A stretch of DNA of 64,000 bases from Tepidisphaeraceae bacterium (lineage in GTDB: Bacteria; Planctomycetota; Phycisphaerae; Tepidisphaerales; Tepidisphaeraceae): contig DASVUC010000183.1 of the NCBI GenBank assembly GCA_036387255.1, positions 10,973-74,972 of the forward strand, in the 5' to 3' direction. A model generated the notes under the pieces. It searched no databases and had not been told where the DNA came from. It saw only the letters and a list, made by a program, of their open reading frames with translations. Position 1 is the stretch's first letter. Every line of letters starts with the position of its first letter. Of the stretch, positions 33,516 to 42,710 are shown piece after piece. A program made the position numbers and the translations under genes.

Positions 33516-34730
33516 AGATCTTCTCTCTTTTCTTGGGTTCAGGGCTCGGTCGAGGTTGCGCATGGCTTGGCGGAGGCGGTGTTCGTTTTCGACGAGGGCG
33601 ATGCGGACGTAGCCTTCACCGTGTTCGCCGAATGCTCGGCCGGGGGCGAGAGCCACTTCGGCTTCGTCCATCATGCGCAGGCAGAAGTCGATGGTACCTT
33701 CGTCATTCTTGTAGTGGGCGGGGTTGATCTTCGCCCAGACGAACATCGAGGCACGCGGCCTCTCATAGGTCCAGCCAAGTTTGTCCAAGCCGCGGCAGAC
33801 TTCGTCGCGGCGCTGCTGGTAGATCGCCGATTGTTCTTCGGGCGTGTCGCGGCATTCGCGCATGGCGATGACGCTGGCAATCTGCACGGGGGCGAAGTGA
33901 CCGTAGTCGTAGTAGCCCTTAATGGTCGCGAGCGCCTTGATCATCTCCGCGTTGCCGGCGCAGAAGCCGACGCGCCAGCCGGCCATGTTGTAGCTCTTGG
34001 ACATCGTCGTGAATTCGACGCCGATTTCCTTAGACCCGCTGGCGGAGAGGAAGCTGGGCGCCTTGTAGCCGTCGAAGTTGATTTCGCCGTAGGCGAAGTC
34101 GGAGATGATCATCACGCCATGGCGCCGACACAGCTCGATCGCTTTGTCCCAGAAGATCGGGTCAATCGTGAGGCTCGTCGGGTTGTGCGGGTAGTTGAGG
34201 ATGAGGAGCTTAGGCGGCGGATAGAGGCCGGCGATGACGTTCTCGATGCGATCTAAAAACGCTTGATCATTACCCAGGGGGACGCGGATGACATTGGCGC
34301 CCGCCATGGCGGGGGCGTAGACGTGGATGGGGAAAGCCGGATCGCCGACGACGGCGGTGTCGCCAGGGCCGAGCATCGCGAGACAGAGGTGGGAGAAGCC
34401 TTCCTTGGAGCCGATGGTGGAGATAATTTCGGTTTCGGGATCCAACTCCACGCCGAACTTGGTCTTGTACTTCTTGGCGACTTCCTTGCGTAAGCCGGCG
34501 ATGCCGTTTGAGACCGAGTAGCGGTGATTGCGCGGATCCAGTGCGGCTTCGGACAGCTTGTTGACAACGCACTCGGGCGTTGGGTCGGTCGGATTGCCCA
34601 TACCGAGGTCGATGATGTCGACGCCGGCGACGCGCTTCTCGTACTTCATCTTGTTGATGCGGCCAAAGAGGTACGGAGGGAGGCGCGAGATCCGAGGTGA
34701 GACGTCGATCTTAAATGGGGAGACTGACAT
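33480..34730 (-). CDS. Class I/II PLP-dependent aminotransferase (AlaT/AspC-like)
   Basis: Motifs: LPPYLFGRIN, DLGMGNP, NYPHNPT, TMSKSYNMAGWRVGF (PLP Lys). The last ~20 codons (RKERRSPPSPVPGRGQG) are encoded by the repeat element. Confidence 0.88.
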   Translation of the reverse strand: MSVSPFKIDVSPRISRLPPYLFGRINKMKYEKRVAGVDIIDLGMGNPTDPTPECVVNKLSEAALDPRNHRYSVSNGIAGLRKEVAKKYKTKFGVELDPETEIISTIGSKEGFSHLCLAMLGPGDTAVVGDPAFPIHVYAPAMAGANVIRVPLGNDQAFLDRIENVIAGLYPPPKLLILNYPHNPTSLTIDPIFWDKAIELCRRHGVMIISDFAYGEINFDGYKAPSFLSASGSKEIGVEFTTMSKSYNMAGWRVGFCAGNAEMIKALATIKGYYDYGHFAPVQIASVIAMRECRDTPEEQSAIYQQRRDEVCRGLDKLGWTYERPRASMFVWAKINPAHYKNDEGTIDFCLRMMDEAEVALAPGRAFGEHGEGYVRIALVENEHRLRQAMRNLDRALNPRKERRSPPSPVPGRGQG

Positions 34731-34765
34731 GATCTTTCCACGATCGAGAGACTAAAGGAAACGCG

Positions 34766-35977
34766 TTAGCGCGTATCGCCCACCGCGGGGGCGGGCGTGG
34801 GAACGGGGGTGAGCGGCTCGATGCCGGACGGCGGCGGGAGCGCTGGCCCGTCGGGCGTCTTTTCCTGGTCGCGCTGCTTCTGGAACTGCCGCTTTACATC
34901 GTCGCTGTTTTTCACCTGCTCGCGCTGAGCCAGACGCTTTTCAAGCTGCGCCTTCAGTGTCGGATCCTCAACGACAAGGACCTTGATCGCCTGGTCCTGG
35001 ATGCTCTGGCGGAGCTGCCGGATCGTAAGCTGCGTGGCGCGGTCGTACAGCTCGCGGCGCACGCTGTCTTTGACGTCGTCAAACTTCACCACCTTCGGCT
35101 TGTTGCGCTTCTCGAGCTTGATCAGGATATAGGCGCCGTTGGCTTGCACGATCTCCGAGACTTGTCCGGGCTCGAGTGCGAAGGCGGCGTCTTTGAATGA
35201 ATCTGGAATGCCTTGCACGTCGCGGCTGAACGGAGCGAGCTTCCCTCCGTTGACCTTGGCGGCTTCGCTGCGGCTCATGTCGCGCGAGACCGCTTCAAAG
35301 TCTTCGCCGGCGTCAAGGCGCTTGCGCGCCTGCTGGATCTCGGGAATCGTCGCGCATTGGATGAAGCGGCACTCGACCGTCTCGCCGTACATAGCGTCGA
35401 ACGCCTGCTTGAGCTGCTCTTCGGTGATCTTTCCGGCGAGCATTGGCTCGGCAATCCTGCGCAGGTAGACATTGGTTTCGATGACGAGGTTGAAATCCGC
35501 TTCGCTCTGGTGCTGCGATTCGAGGAACTGCTGAAAGCCGCGCTCGTTGTCCTGGGTCATCTCCTGGGTCAGGCGGTCGACCTCGGCCTGGTTGTTCTTC
35601 TCCCTGGCTTTGTCGATCTTGTCCTGGAGCTTCTCATTGGAGTCCTGGAACATTTTGAAGATGGTGTCATTGCGCTCGGCAACCAGATCCTGTGGCGAGA
35701 CGGTCACCTTGTTCTGGACGGCCGTCTGCTTGGCGAGCTCGAGCTGCACGAGTCGGAGCAGCACATTCAGTCCATATCCCTCCACGAGCGGTTTCTGGAG
35801 CTGCCCCATGCTGATCGGCGAGCCGTTGACGTGCGCGATCACCGCGTCGGGGGTGACCGATGAAGCGCTCGCCGGCGCGATCGATGGCCCGGTGGGCACG
35901 GGCGCATTGGCGCCGCGAAGCACGAACGTGGAAGCGAGAGCGAGACCGACTGCTGTGCCGGCGAGAAACGTCTTCAC
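34766..35977 (-). CDS. Parvulin-type peptidyl-prolyl isomerase (SurA/PrsA-like chaperone)
   Basis: PpiC-like block FEAVSRDMS...GGKLAPFSR...AFALEPGQVSEIVQANGAYILIKLEKR. I place the start at GTG 35977 (VKTFLAGTAVGLALAS, a signal-like sequence) with AGGAGA 5 nt upstream. The track's longer ORF to 36256 would overlap acpS. Confidence 0.75.
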   Translation of the reverse strand: MKTFLAGTAVGLALASTFVLRGANAPVPTGPSIAPASASSVTPDAVIAHVNGSPISMGQLQKPLVEGYGLNVLLRLVQLELAKQTAVQNKVTVSPQDLVAERNDTIFKMFQDSNEKLQDKIDKAREKNNQAEVDRLTQEMTQDNERGFQQFLESQHQSEADFNLVIETNVYLRRIAEPMLAGKITEEQLKQAFDAMYGETVECRFIQCATIPEIQQARKRLDAGEDFEAVSRDMSRSEAAKVNGGKLAPFSRDVQGIPDSFKDAAFALEPGQVSEIVQANGAYILIKLEKRNKPKVVKFDDVKDSVRRELYDRATQLTIRQLRQSIQDQAIKVLVVEDPTLKAQLEKRLAQREQVKNSDDVKRQFQKQRDQEKTPDGPALPPPSGIEPLTPVPTPAPAVGDTR

Positions 35978-36106
35978 GGGTATCTCCTGCGGGAGGACAA
36001 CTGAAGATCGAAGTATTGGAGGGGGTGCGGGGGGTGTCAAGGATTTCGCGCCGCCGCGCCGTCCGATATCTACGGGGCGAAGGGGCTTGCACCTATAATC
36101 CGGCTC

Positions 36107-36496
36107 ATGCCCATTCTCGGTCACGGGATTGATATCGTGGAGACGTCGCGCGTGCGCAAGCTGGTGGAGGCGCACGGGGAGCATTTTCTCAATCGCGTCT
36201 TCACAGCCGCGGAACAGGCTTATTGCGCGAAGAGCAAGGCTCGGTATTACGAGCACCTAGCGGGGCGATTCGCGGCGAAAGAGGCGGTGCTGAAAGTTTT
36301 GGGGACCGGGTGGAGGGGAGGGATCGCCTGGACGGATATCGAGGTGACGAAGGAGGTTTCCGGGCAGCCGAGGATCGTGCTGAGCGGGGAATGCGAGCGC
36401 ATCGCGCGGGAGATCGGGATTTCTCGGTGGCACATCAGCATCTCGCACATCGAGACGCACGCAACGGCGAGTGCGATTGGAATGCGTGGGGAATGA
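36107..36496 (+). CDS. acpS: Holo-[acyl-carrier-protein] synthase
   Basis: Motifs: ILGHGIDIVE, RFAAKEAVLKVLGTG, ISISH. Confidence 0.9.
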   Translation: MPILGHGIDIVETSRVRKLVEAHGEHFLNRVFTAAEQAYCAKSKARYYEHLAGRFAAKEAVLKVLGTGWRGGIAWTDIEVTKEVSGQPRIVLSGECERIAREIGISRWHISISHIETHATASAIGMRGE

Positions 36497-36562
36497 AGAG
36501 TGGTCTGGGGATGGTCTGGATCCCCGGCACGAATTTCTACCCCGTCCGGTGAAACGTCGGTA

Positions 36563-36844
36563 TCAATGCTTGGCCCGGTCTTCCTTCTCGCCTTCCTCGT
36601 CTTCGTGCCGTTCGTGGTCGGCATGCTGGGGCTTCAGGGCTCCGATGTCGGGGTCCATGCCCTGAGCTTGCCGGCCGGCGGCGGTGTCGAAGCTGACCCC
36701 TGGCGGGATGAATTGAGCGGGCTCTTTGCACGTTGAATCGTGGGTGGATTGGGGGCCAGCGGGGACCTTGGCGGGCGACGGAGACTCACCGCCCGCAGTG
36801 GCGGGTGTGGTGCTTTCGGCGGGATGGTTCGTGCGGCCGCTCAT
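36563..36844 (-). CDS. Small hydrophilic, probably disordered protein
   Basis: ATG 36844 shares one base with the upstream gene's TGA (TGATG). The sequence is rich in P/E/H/D/T (..HADHERHEDEEGEKEDRAKH). GC3 is moderately high. Confidence 0.45.
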   Translation of the reverse strand: MSGRTNHPAESTTPATAGGESPSPAKVPAGPQSTHDSTCKEPAQFIPPGVSFDTAAGRQAQGMDPDIGALKPQHADHERHEDEEGEKEDRAKH

Positions 36845-37437
36845 CAACCCTTTCTGTTGGCGCGGCGACGGTTGGCGCGATGCTCGGATTCTTCTCGCGA
36901 CGCTGTAACTTCTTCTTCGATGTTGATTTGACCGGAGGGGTGAGCGTGTGCGTCGCCGCCACTGCGATCGACGGTGGTTCCCCCGCGCACTTTTTTACCT
37001 GCGCCGACGCGGCCGCGCTTGGATTGGTTCTCGCCCTTGGCGGGTCCGCCGCTGGCGAATTCTTCGCTGCCGCCGGTGGTCCATTCGGGACCGGAGACGT
37101 TGGTGTCGGGGCCGCCCTGTGCGAGGCCGCGACCGTCAACGCCCACAACATCCGTGTCAATGTCACCGGCGCTGGCGCCGCCGGGGCCGGCGTTGGATTT
37201 ACCGACGCCGCTCACACGGCTGGCCTGGGTGGAGCCACGATCCTGGCGTGGATCGGCTTCGTGCGACCCGCCGGGGCGGAACTTGATTTCGCGGCTCTTT
37301 CGGCGGGAGTATTCGGTCTTGGAGGAATCGGCGGGGACGCCGAAATCCGTCTTGCCGCCGAAGCGTTTCGCGCTCTTCGGTGAGCTACCGACTTTGCCGC
37401 TGATCTTCTTGTTCTTGGTTCCGCCGGTTCGAGCCAT
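36844..37437 (-). CDS. Hydrophilic Gly/Lys/Arg/Ser-rich intrinsically disordered protein (197 aa)
   Basis: GGAGG lies 7 nt upstream of ATG 37437. The third codon position is strongly G/C in this frame. There is no hydrophobic core (MARTGGTKNKKISGKVGSSPKSAKRFGGKTDFG...). Confidence 0.6.
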   Translation of the reverse strand: MARTGGTKNKKISGKVGSSPKSAKRFGGKTDFGVPADSSKTEYSRRKSREIKFRPGGSHEADPRQDRGSTQASRVSGVGKSNAGPGGASAGDIDTDVVGVDGRGLAQGGPDTNVSGPEWTTGGSEEFASGGPAKGENQSKRGRVGAGKKVRGGTTVDRSGGDAHAHPSGQINIEEEVTASREESEHRANRRRANRKG

Positions 37438-37539
37438 CGTAAGACCTCCGTTACTTCTCCAAACTACCGAAGTTTCGTTGATTCTCGCTAGGGCGGAAAT
37501 TCAGTACAAGTGGATGAGATCGCTTACATGGAAAACGCT

Positions 37540-37920
37540 ATGAAGCACATCAACACGAGCAAGAAGCGCGGGATGTTTCAAGTAGTGTTGGAATCGCGTT
37601 CCGTGCAGGCGGCGATGATGACTTTGCAGAAGGGGCAGTCATCGTCGGATGAGCCGGAGAATGAGCATCCCAAGGCGGAGCAATGGATCTATGTGATCTC
37701 CGGAACTGGCCAAGCCATCGTCGGGAAAAAGCGCTCGAAGCTGACCGCGGGATCGCTGGTGCTGATCGAGAAGAACGAGGCGCATCAGATCAAGCAGACC
37801 GGGAATGAGCCGCTGGTGACGGTGAATTTTTATGCGCCGCCGGCTTATACGGAGGATGGGGAGGTGAGGCGTTCCGCGAAGAGAGGTGGGGGAATCATCG
37901 ACGCCGTATTGGGGCGGTAG
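37540..37920 (+). CDS. Cupin-domain protein
   Basis: EHPKAEQWIYVISGTGQAIVG...GSLVLIEKNEAHQIKQTGNEPLVTVNFYAPP fits the cupin two-motif pattern. The start could be 37510, 37528 or 37540. Confidence 0.75.
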   Translation: MKHINTSKKRGMFQVVLESRSVQAAMMTLQKGQSSSDEPENEHPKAEQWIYVISGTGQAIVGKKRSKLTAGSLVLIEKNEAHQIKQTGNEPLVTVNFYAPPAYTEDGEVRRSAKRGGGIIDAVLGR

Positions 37921-37934
37921 GCCTCTCTACTGCT

Positions 37935-38957
37935 CTATGGCGCAAGGGGAGAGGGAGAATGTGTTTTGAGAAAGCGGGTCAGCAGGGGTTGAATGTTGTC
38001 GTGCAGTGCGCGGTTTGCGAAGCCGGCCCAGCTTAGGCCGGTGGTGGTGTCGAGAGGGCCGTCGAGGGCTTTCCCGAGGCCGTCGGTGAGGATGATGCCC
38101 GCTTCTTCGGCGATGAGCATCGTGGCGCAGTCGTAGGGGTGGCAGCAGAGGCCTTCCGGCTGGTTCTGCATCCGGTAAAAGAGAGGGCGCAGGTCGGCGT
38201 TGAAGCGGTCGTGACCAATGAGCAGCTCGTAAAACTGGCCACCCGTGGAGATGTACTGGTCATCGAAGACGGTGGCCTGGGTGACGTCGGCTTTGCCGAT
38301 GAGTTGGGAGACGAGGAACTCCATGAGCTCGCTGGAGAGAACCTTCGTGGAGGGGAAGAAGTTGCTGACCGAGGCGAAGCCGTGATCGATGCCAGGGGCA
38401 GTGGAGGGTTGAATTTTCAGCGGCTCCTCGCGATTCATCTGAAGGTCGACGCGCACGCCTTGGGTGCCGGCGTTTTTGCTGGCCCAGAGCACGTCGGCGT
38501 AGCCCATCTTGCTGGTGGGGAGTTCCGTCATGACGGCGACTTGGATGTCGCGGAGGCGAGTTTGAGCGCCTTTATTCGGCGCGACGCCGACGAGAGACCA
38601 GGCGGCGCGCTTGTCGTACATCAGGCCGCGCGTGCCGTCGATGGGGTCGACGATAATGCGCAGCTTCGCATCGGATTCACGCGTTCCGCGCGGGAAGGTG
38701 ACTGCGCCTTCGTTGCCGTGTTCATCGTGGAGTCCTTCAGCGACCAGGACGAGCGGCGTTTGGCGGCCCCACTCTTCGAAGAAGGTTTCCATGATCGGCT
38801 CGACATGCGTGTCCAAAGCGTAAATTGTGTCGGCGGCGGTGGAGCGGCTGACCTCGTGAAGAGCCGCTTCTGAGCGGGTGTGGATGAGGGTGGTGCGGAC
38901 CCGCGTTTGGAATTCTCGAAGGCGGGAGATGATAACTGGTGCGGATTCGGCGAGCAT
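37935..38957 (-). CDS. Inositol-monophosphatase-family (FIG superfamily) phosphatase-like protein
   Basis: Motifs: VLVAEG, IIVDPIDGTRGLMY, and a WSL..G region. The C-terminal SPSPLAP is encoded by a half-copy-like gggagaggg motif (37947..37955). Confidence 0.65.
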   Translation of the reverse strand: MLAESAPVIISRLREFQTRVRTTLIHTRSEAALHEVSRSTAADTIYALDTHVEPIMETFFEEWGRQTPLVLVAEGLHDEHGNEGAVTFPRGTRESDAKLRIIVDPIDGTRGLMYDKRAAWSLVGVAPNKGAQTRLRDIQVAVMTELPTSKMGYADVLWASKNAGTQGVRVDLQMNREEPLKIQPSTAPGIDHGFASVSNFFPSTKVLSSELMEFLVSQLIGKADVTQATVFDDQYISTGGQFYELLIGHDRFNADLRPLFYRMQNQPEGLCCHPYDCATMLIAEEAGIILTDGLGKALDGPLDTTTGLSWAGFANRALHDNIQPLLTRFLKTHSPSPLAP

Positions 38958-38983
38958 GATTGAACCGGTTCAGTCGCGGGGGC

Positions 38984-39433
38984 TTAGAGGCGGACCTTGA
39001 TCACAACTTTTGTAACGCGCGCCGGAGCATCCACCTGGAGTGACGGCATATGCACGTCGTGAGGGAGGAAGACAGCGAATTGGCCGGCGGAGAGGGTGAA
39101 GCGCTGGCCGGTGCCTTGGAAGAAGACAAGGTCGTTAACTTTGTCGTACGTTTCTGTGACGGTCATCGTGCTGATTGGTGCGATCCCGAACCGCTCGCCG
39201 CCGGTGACGATGTATTGAATATCAGCATATTTGCGGTGCGCTTCCCACTTCCCCTGCTCCGCAGGCTTGGTCTGGTACGACTGCACAATGGCGATCAGAT
39301 CCTGCCCCAGGACTTCATGGCGCCCCTCACCGAGGCGGTCGAACTCGTGAGCGTGGAGAAAGTCAAAGCCGCGCGCGAAGCGCTCGCCGAGGGCGTGGTA
39401 ACTGCGGGCGTTGGCAAGCTCGTCCCAGATCAT
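38984..39433 (-). CDS. YhcH/YjgK/YiaL (DUF386, EbgC-like) family protein
   Basis: Motifs: GRHEVLGQDLIAIVQSYQTK, EAHRKYADIQYIV.G.E, AVFLPHDVHMP. Its ATG overlaps the upstream gene's TGA (ATGA). Confidence 0.8.
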   Translation of the reverse strand: MIWDELANARSYHALGERFARGFDFLHAHEFDRLGEGRHEVLGQDLIAIVQSYQTKPAEQGKWEAHRKYADIQYIVTGGERFGIAPISTMTVTETYDKVNDLVFFQGTGQRFTLSAGQFAVFLPHDVHMPSLQVDAPARVTKVVIKVRL

Positions 39434-41208
39434 CGGGTCTTCTCCGCGTGCTCAGCGGCCTTGGAGCGCAGCTCGGCCTCTACCCGGACCATCAAGCCTG
39501 TCCAGTCATGCAATTTCGGCTGCCGGAGGAGGCGCATGGTGGGATACCACGGGGTATCTTCGCGGTTAAGCATCCAGCGAAAATCGGGGCCGTACGCGAG
39601 GAGCGTCCAGACCGGGCGGGCAAGCGCGCCGGCAAGATGCACCACGCTGGTGTCGACGGAGATTGTCAGATCGAGCGCTTCGATAGCGGCGGCGGTCTCC
39701 GAGAAATCGGAAAGCTCGTCGCCAAGGGGCGTGACTTCAAACGGAACTTGCTTGAGTGCGGCTGTGGGTTGACCTTTTTGCAGCGAGTAGAGACGGACGC
39801 CTTCAATGCGGGCGAGCGGTGCGAAATCCTCCAGGCGGGCGGAGCGGGCACGATCGTTCTGGTGCTGCGGGCTTCCAGCCCAGACGATGCCCACTTTTAA
39901 GCGGCTCTCACCGGCGAAGCGCTTGCGCCATCTCGCCACCCGAGCCGGATCCGCGGAGAGATACGGCACGTCCGCCGGGACGCGGTCGAGCGTCGTCTTG
40001 AAGACGTACGGGAAGCTGACCATGGGGAACCAGAGATCGAAGACGGGTTCCTCATCGCCGCGGGAGAGGACGCGCTCGGCGCCTCTGATCGTCTTGAGCA
40101 GCTCCTTCACCTCCGGTGGGCAGACGATCAGGATCCGCGCGCCGCGCTGCGCGAGCATCGGCACGTAGCGGACGAACTGGATCGTGTCGCCCACGCCCTG
40201 CTCGCTGTTGAGCAGCACCACTTTGCCGCCCACGTCTTCACCATTCCATCGCGGTTTTTCGGGGAAGAGCGAGCCTTTGAACGCCTGGCTTGCGAAGCGC
40301 GATTCGTACTCAGCGAATCCTCGTTCGAGCTCGCCCAGCGTGAGCAGGCCGAGGGAGCGGTTGGCTTTCATGTTCGGATCCTCCGGCCACTTCTCAGCCG
40401 CCCGCTCCCACCAGTGCATCGCCTCATCCGGTCGACCCATCTTGAGCAGCGTGAGGGCGAGGTTGTTGATGGCGTCGAAGTTGTTCGGCTCGAGCACCAT
40501 CGCCTTCTTGTAGTATTCCGCGGCTTCTTCGAAGCGCGCCAGCATCTGGAGGACGTTGCCGTACGCAATCTGTGCCCAGGCATTATCCGGCTGACTTTCC
40601 GCGCCGCGGCGCGCGGGCTCCAGGGCTTGATCGATCCTTCCCTCCTGGCGCAGCGCATCGGACATGGCGGTGAGGGCATGGCCGGAGTTGGGATTCAGCG
40701 CCAGCGACCGCTGGAGGACTTCGATAGCCTTGGAGAAGTTCCCCTGCCGCGTGAGCACGACGCCCAAATCCGACCAGGCAGAGTGATTGTTGGGATCAAG
40801 GTTGACGACGGCGGCGAGGAAATTAGCGGATTCTCCGTCCTGATTGGTGGCTGCCGCGGCACGGGCTGCGCCGTAAAGCGCGTTGACGTCGCGCGGATCA
40901 AGGCGGATGGCGGTGCGGTAGCCGTCGAGAGCTTCGGCGGCACGGTCGGTCAGGGCGTAGACGTCTGCGAGATGCCGATGGAACTCAGCGATGTTGGGAA
41001 GGATCGCTACGGCTTTCTTGAGCAGCGGGACGGCGGCGTCGAACTCGCTGCGCTGCGCGAGCAGCACCCCGAGCAAGTGCAGGCCATCGGCCTGGTTGGG
41101 CTCTTGCGCCAGGGCCTGGCGGTACATTTGCTCCGCCTGCGCGACGTTGCCGCCGAGATGCTGCTGCAACGCCGCCTGCACCAAGTTCACCACTTCCGGA
41201 GCTGACAT
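39430..41208 (-). CDS. TPR-repeat protein with a C-terminal glycosyltransferase family 9-like domain
   Basis: About 8 TPR units (AEQMYRQALAQEPNQADGLHLLG...). The C-terminus has VLLNSEQGVGDTIQFVRY..., VDTSVVHLAGALARP and WYPTMRLLRQ, typical of TPR-GT9 proteins. ATG 41208 avoids overlap with mnmE; the track start is 41322. Confidence 0.75.
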   Translation of the reverse strand: MSAPEVVNLVQAALQQHLGGNVAQAEQMYRQALAQEPNQADGLHLLGVLLAQRSEFDAAVPLLKKAVAILPNIAEFHRHLADVYALTDRAAEALDGYRTAIRLDPRDVNALYGAARAAAATNQDGESANFLAAVVNLDPNNHSAWSDLGVVLTRQGNFSKAIEVLQRSLALNPNSGHALTAMSDALRQEGRIDQALEPARRGAESQPDNAWAQIAYGNVLQMLARFEEAAEYYKKAMVLEPNNFDAINNLALTLLKMGRPDEAMHWWERAAEKWPEDPNMKANRSLGLLTLGELERGFAEYESRFASQAFKGSLFPEKPRWNGEDVGGKVVLLNSEQGVGDTIQFVRYVPMLAQRGARILIVCPPEVKELLKTIRGAERVLSRGDEEPVFDLWFPMVSFPYVFKTTLDRVPADVPYLSADPARVARWRKRFAGESRLKVGIVWAGSPQHQNDRARSARLEDFAPLARIEGVRLYSLQKGQPTAALKQVPFEVTPLGDELSDFSETAAAIEALDLTISVDTSVVHLAGALARPVWTLLAYGPDFRWMLNREDTPWYPTMRLLRQPKLHDWTGLMVRVEAELRSKAAEHAEKTR

Positions 41209-41275
41209 GGGCGAGGAGTTTATCGACTGGCGGGTAAATGTTCGAACCTGGCGGGCGAACGGGCGGGCGGGACAT

Positions 41276-42637
41276 TCATTTGCCAATGCAGAAGGTGCCA
41301 AAGACACGGCCAAGAACGTCATCGGGGGAGATTTCGCCGAGCACGCGCCCGAGGGCGTCGAGTGATTCGCGGAGATCGAGGGCGAGGATTTCCGGACCGG
41401 CTTCGGGGACGTTCTGCTGGGCGCGGGCGAGTGATTCGCAGCATTCGTGGATGGCGGTGAGGTGGCGGGTGTTCAGGGCGAGCGAGGCCGTGGAAGCCGA
41501 GGAGCCGAAGGCGAGAGTGTCGAGCCGGTCGCGAAGCTGGTTCAGGCCATGGCCGGTCTTGGCACTGATGGCAAGATGTTCGGACGGAGCGGCAGGGAGC
41601 AGGTCGATCTTCGTGTAGACGAGCAGGCCGATGTCGCGCCCAACCCCGATCGGAGGGCGTGGGTCGGTTGCGTCCTGGACCAGGATAACCTGATCGGCCG
41701 TTTCCAGCGCACGCAGCGCCTGCTGCTGCATCCGGCTGGAAACATGCGCTTGAACATCGGCTGGGCGTTCAATCGCTTCGTCCAGGCCGGCGACGTCGGT
41801 GAGGCGGATGATGCCGCGGTGGAGACGCACCTGCGCCGAGAGCACATCGCGCGTCGTCCCGGCAACATCGGAGACGACGGCGCGCTCCATTTCGGCAAGG
41901 GCGTTGAGGAGCGTGCTCTTGCCGGCATTGGGGCGGCCGACGAGGACGACCGTGGGCTCATGGTTAAGGCGCTCGAGGCGGGCGCTGTTTTGCAGCAGAT
42001 CGGCGAGCATGTTGCGCGCTTGCGAGATCCGCTGGGCGGCGTCGCTGTCGCTGAGGAAGGATACATCCTGATCAGAGAAGTCGATGCCTGCCTCGATCAG
42101 CGCGAGGGTTTCCGCGATGAGGTCCACGACCGGATGGAGACGCCTTGACAGTTCACCCGAGAGCAGTTGACGCGCGGCGCGAAGCTCCTGCTCGTTGCTG
42201 GCAGCGATGGTGGCGGCGACGCCTTCGGCCTGGGCGAGGTTCATCCGGCGCGAGAAGTAGGCGCGGGCGGTGAACTCGCCGGGGTCGGCTTGGCGGGCGC
42301 CGTGGGCGAGGAGTCGCTCCAGGATCATGCGCGCCAGGAGCGGGTTACCGGGAACGTGGAGCTCCACCATATCCTGCCCGGTGTACGAATGGGGGTGGGA
42401 GAAGCGATAGACCCAGCAGGGAACATTAAGGTTTTCCAGACGGATTTGGGCGCGTGTGACTTGGGGGGCTTGTGGGGAGGGATGCTCGAGAAGTCGCGCC
42501 GCAATCCGGTGCGAGCAGCTGCCGGTCATGCGAATGATCATCCGGGGCGCAGCGCCGGCGCTGGAGCTGATGGCGGCGATGGTGTCGTCGGTGTGCACGG
42601 GCGGCGCGTGCGAATCTTTCACTGGAATTACTTTCAC
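41276..42637 (-). CDS. mnmE: tRNA modification GTPase MnmE
   Basis: DTIAAISS N-terminus, G-domain GRPNAGKSTLLNAL / DVAG, and the C-terminal FCIGK motif. Confidence 0.92.
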   Translation of the reverse strand: MKVIPVKDSHAPPVHTDDTIAAISSSAGAAPRMIIRMTGSCSHRIAARLLEHPSPQAPQVTRAQIRLENLNVPCWVYRFSHPHSYTGQDMVELHVPGNPLLARMILERLLAHGARQADPGEFTARAYFSRRMNLAQAEGVAATIAASNEQELRAARQLLSGELSRRLHPVVDLIAETLALIEAGIDFSDQDVSFLSDSDAAQRISQARNMLADLLQNSARLERLNHEPTVVLVGRPNAGKSTLLNALAEMERAVVSDVAGTTRDVLSAQVRLHRGIIRLTDVAGLDEAIERPADVQAHVSSRMQQQALRALETADQVILVQDATDPRPPIGVGRDIGLLVYTKIDLLPAAPSEHLAISAKTGHGLNQLRDRLDTLAFGSSASTASLALNTRHLTAIHECCESLARAQQNVPEAGPEILALDLRESLDALGRVLGEISPDDVLGRVFGTFCIGK

Positions 42638-42710
42638 AGGGCGAGCCGGCGAATTCTCCCACTAGCCCCCAGAAGATCAACCATGTGCTTCGCTGACGCC
42701 CGTCTTTCCC

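Noticed and set aside
35978-36256. The N-terminal extension of the PPIase ORF, which would overlap acpS by 150 nt on the opposite strand.
   Set aside because: GTG 35977 has an AGGAGA SD and starts a signal-peptide-like segment. The extension has no hydrophobic or conserved character.
36733-37543. Plus-strand ORFs (36733..37383, 36974..37543, 36948..37286) as alternatives to the minus-strand disordered-protein genes.
   Set aside because: The minus-strand frame has a GGAGG SD and consistent G/C third positions. The plus-strand products are Gly/Ala/Arg/Trp-rich with no start signals. Residual uncertainty is noted in the findings.
41209-41322. A longer form of the TPR-GT9 ORF starting at 41322 and overlapping the mnmE 3' end by 47 nt.
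   Set aside because: The first TPR-like sequence begins after ATG 41208 and the extension is non-descript. Neither start has a good SD, so this call is only moderately confident.
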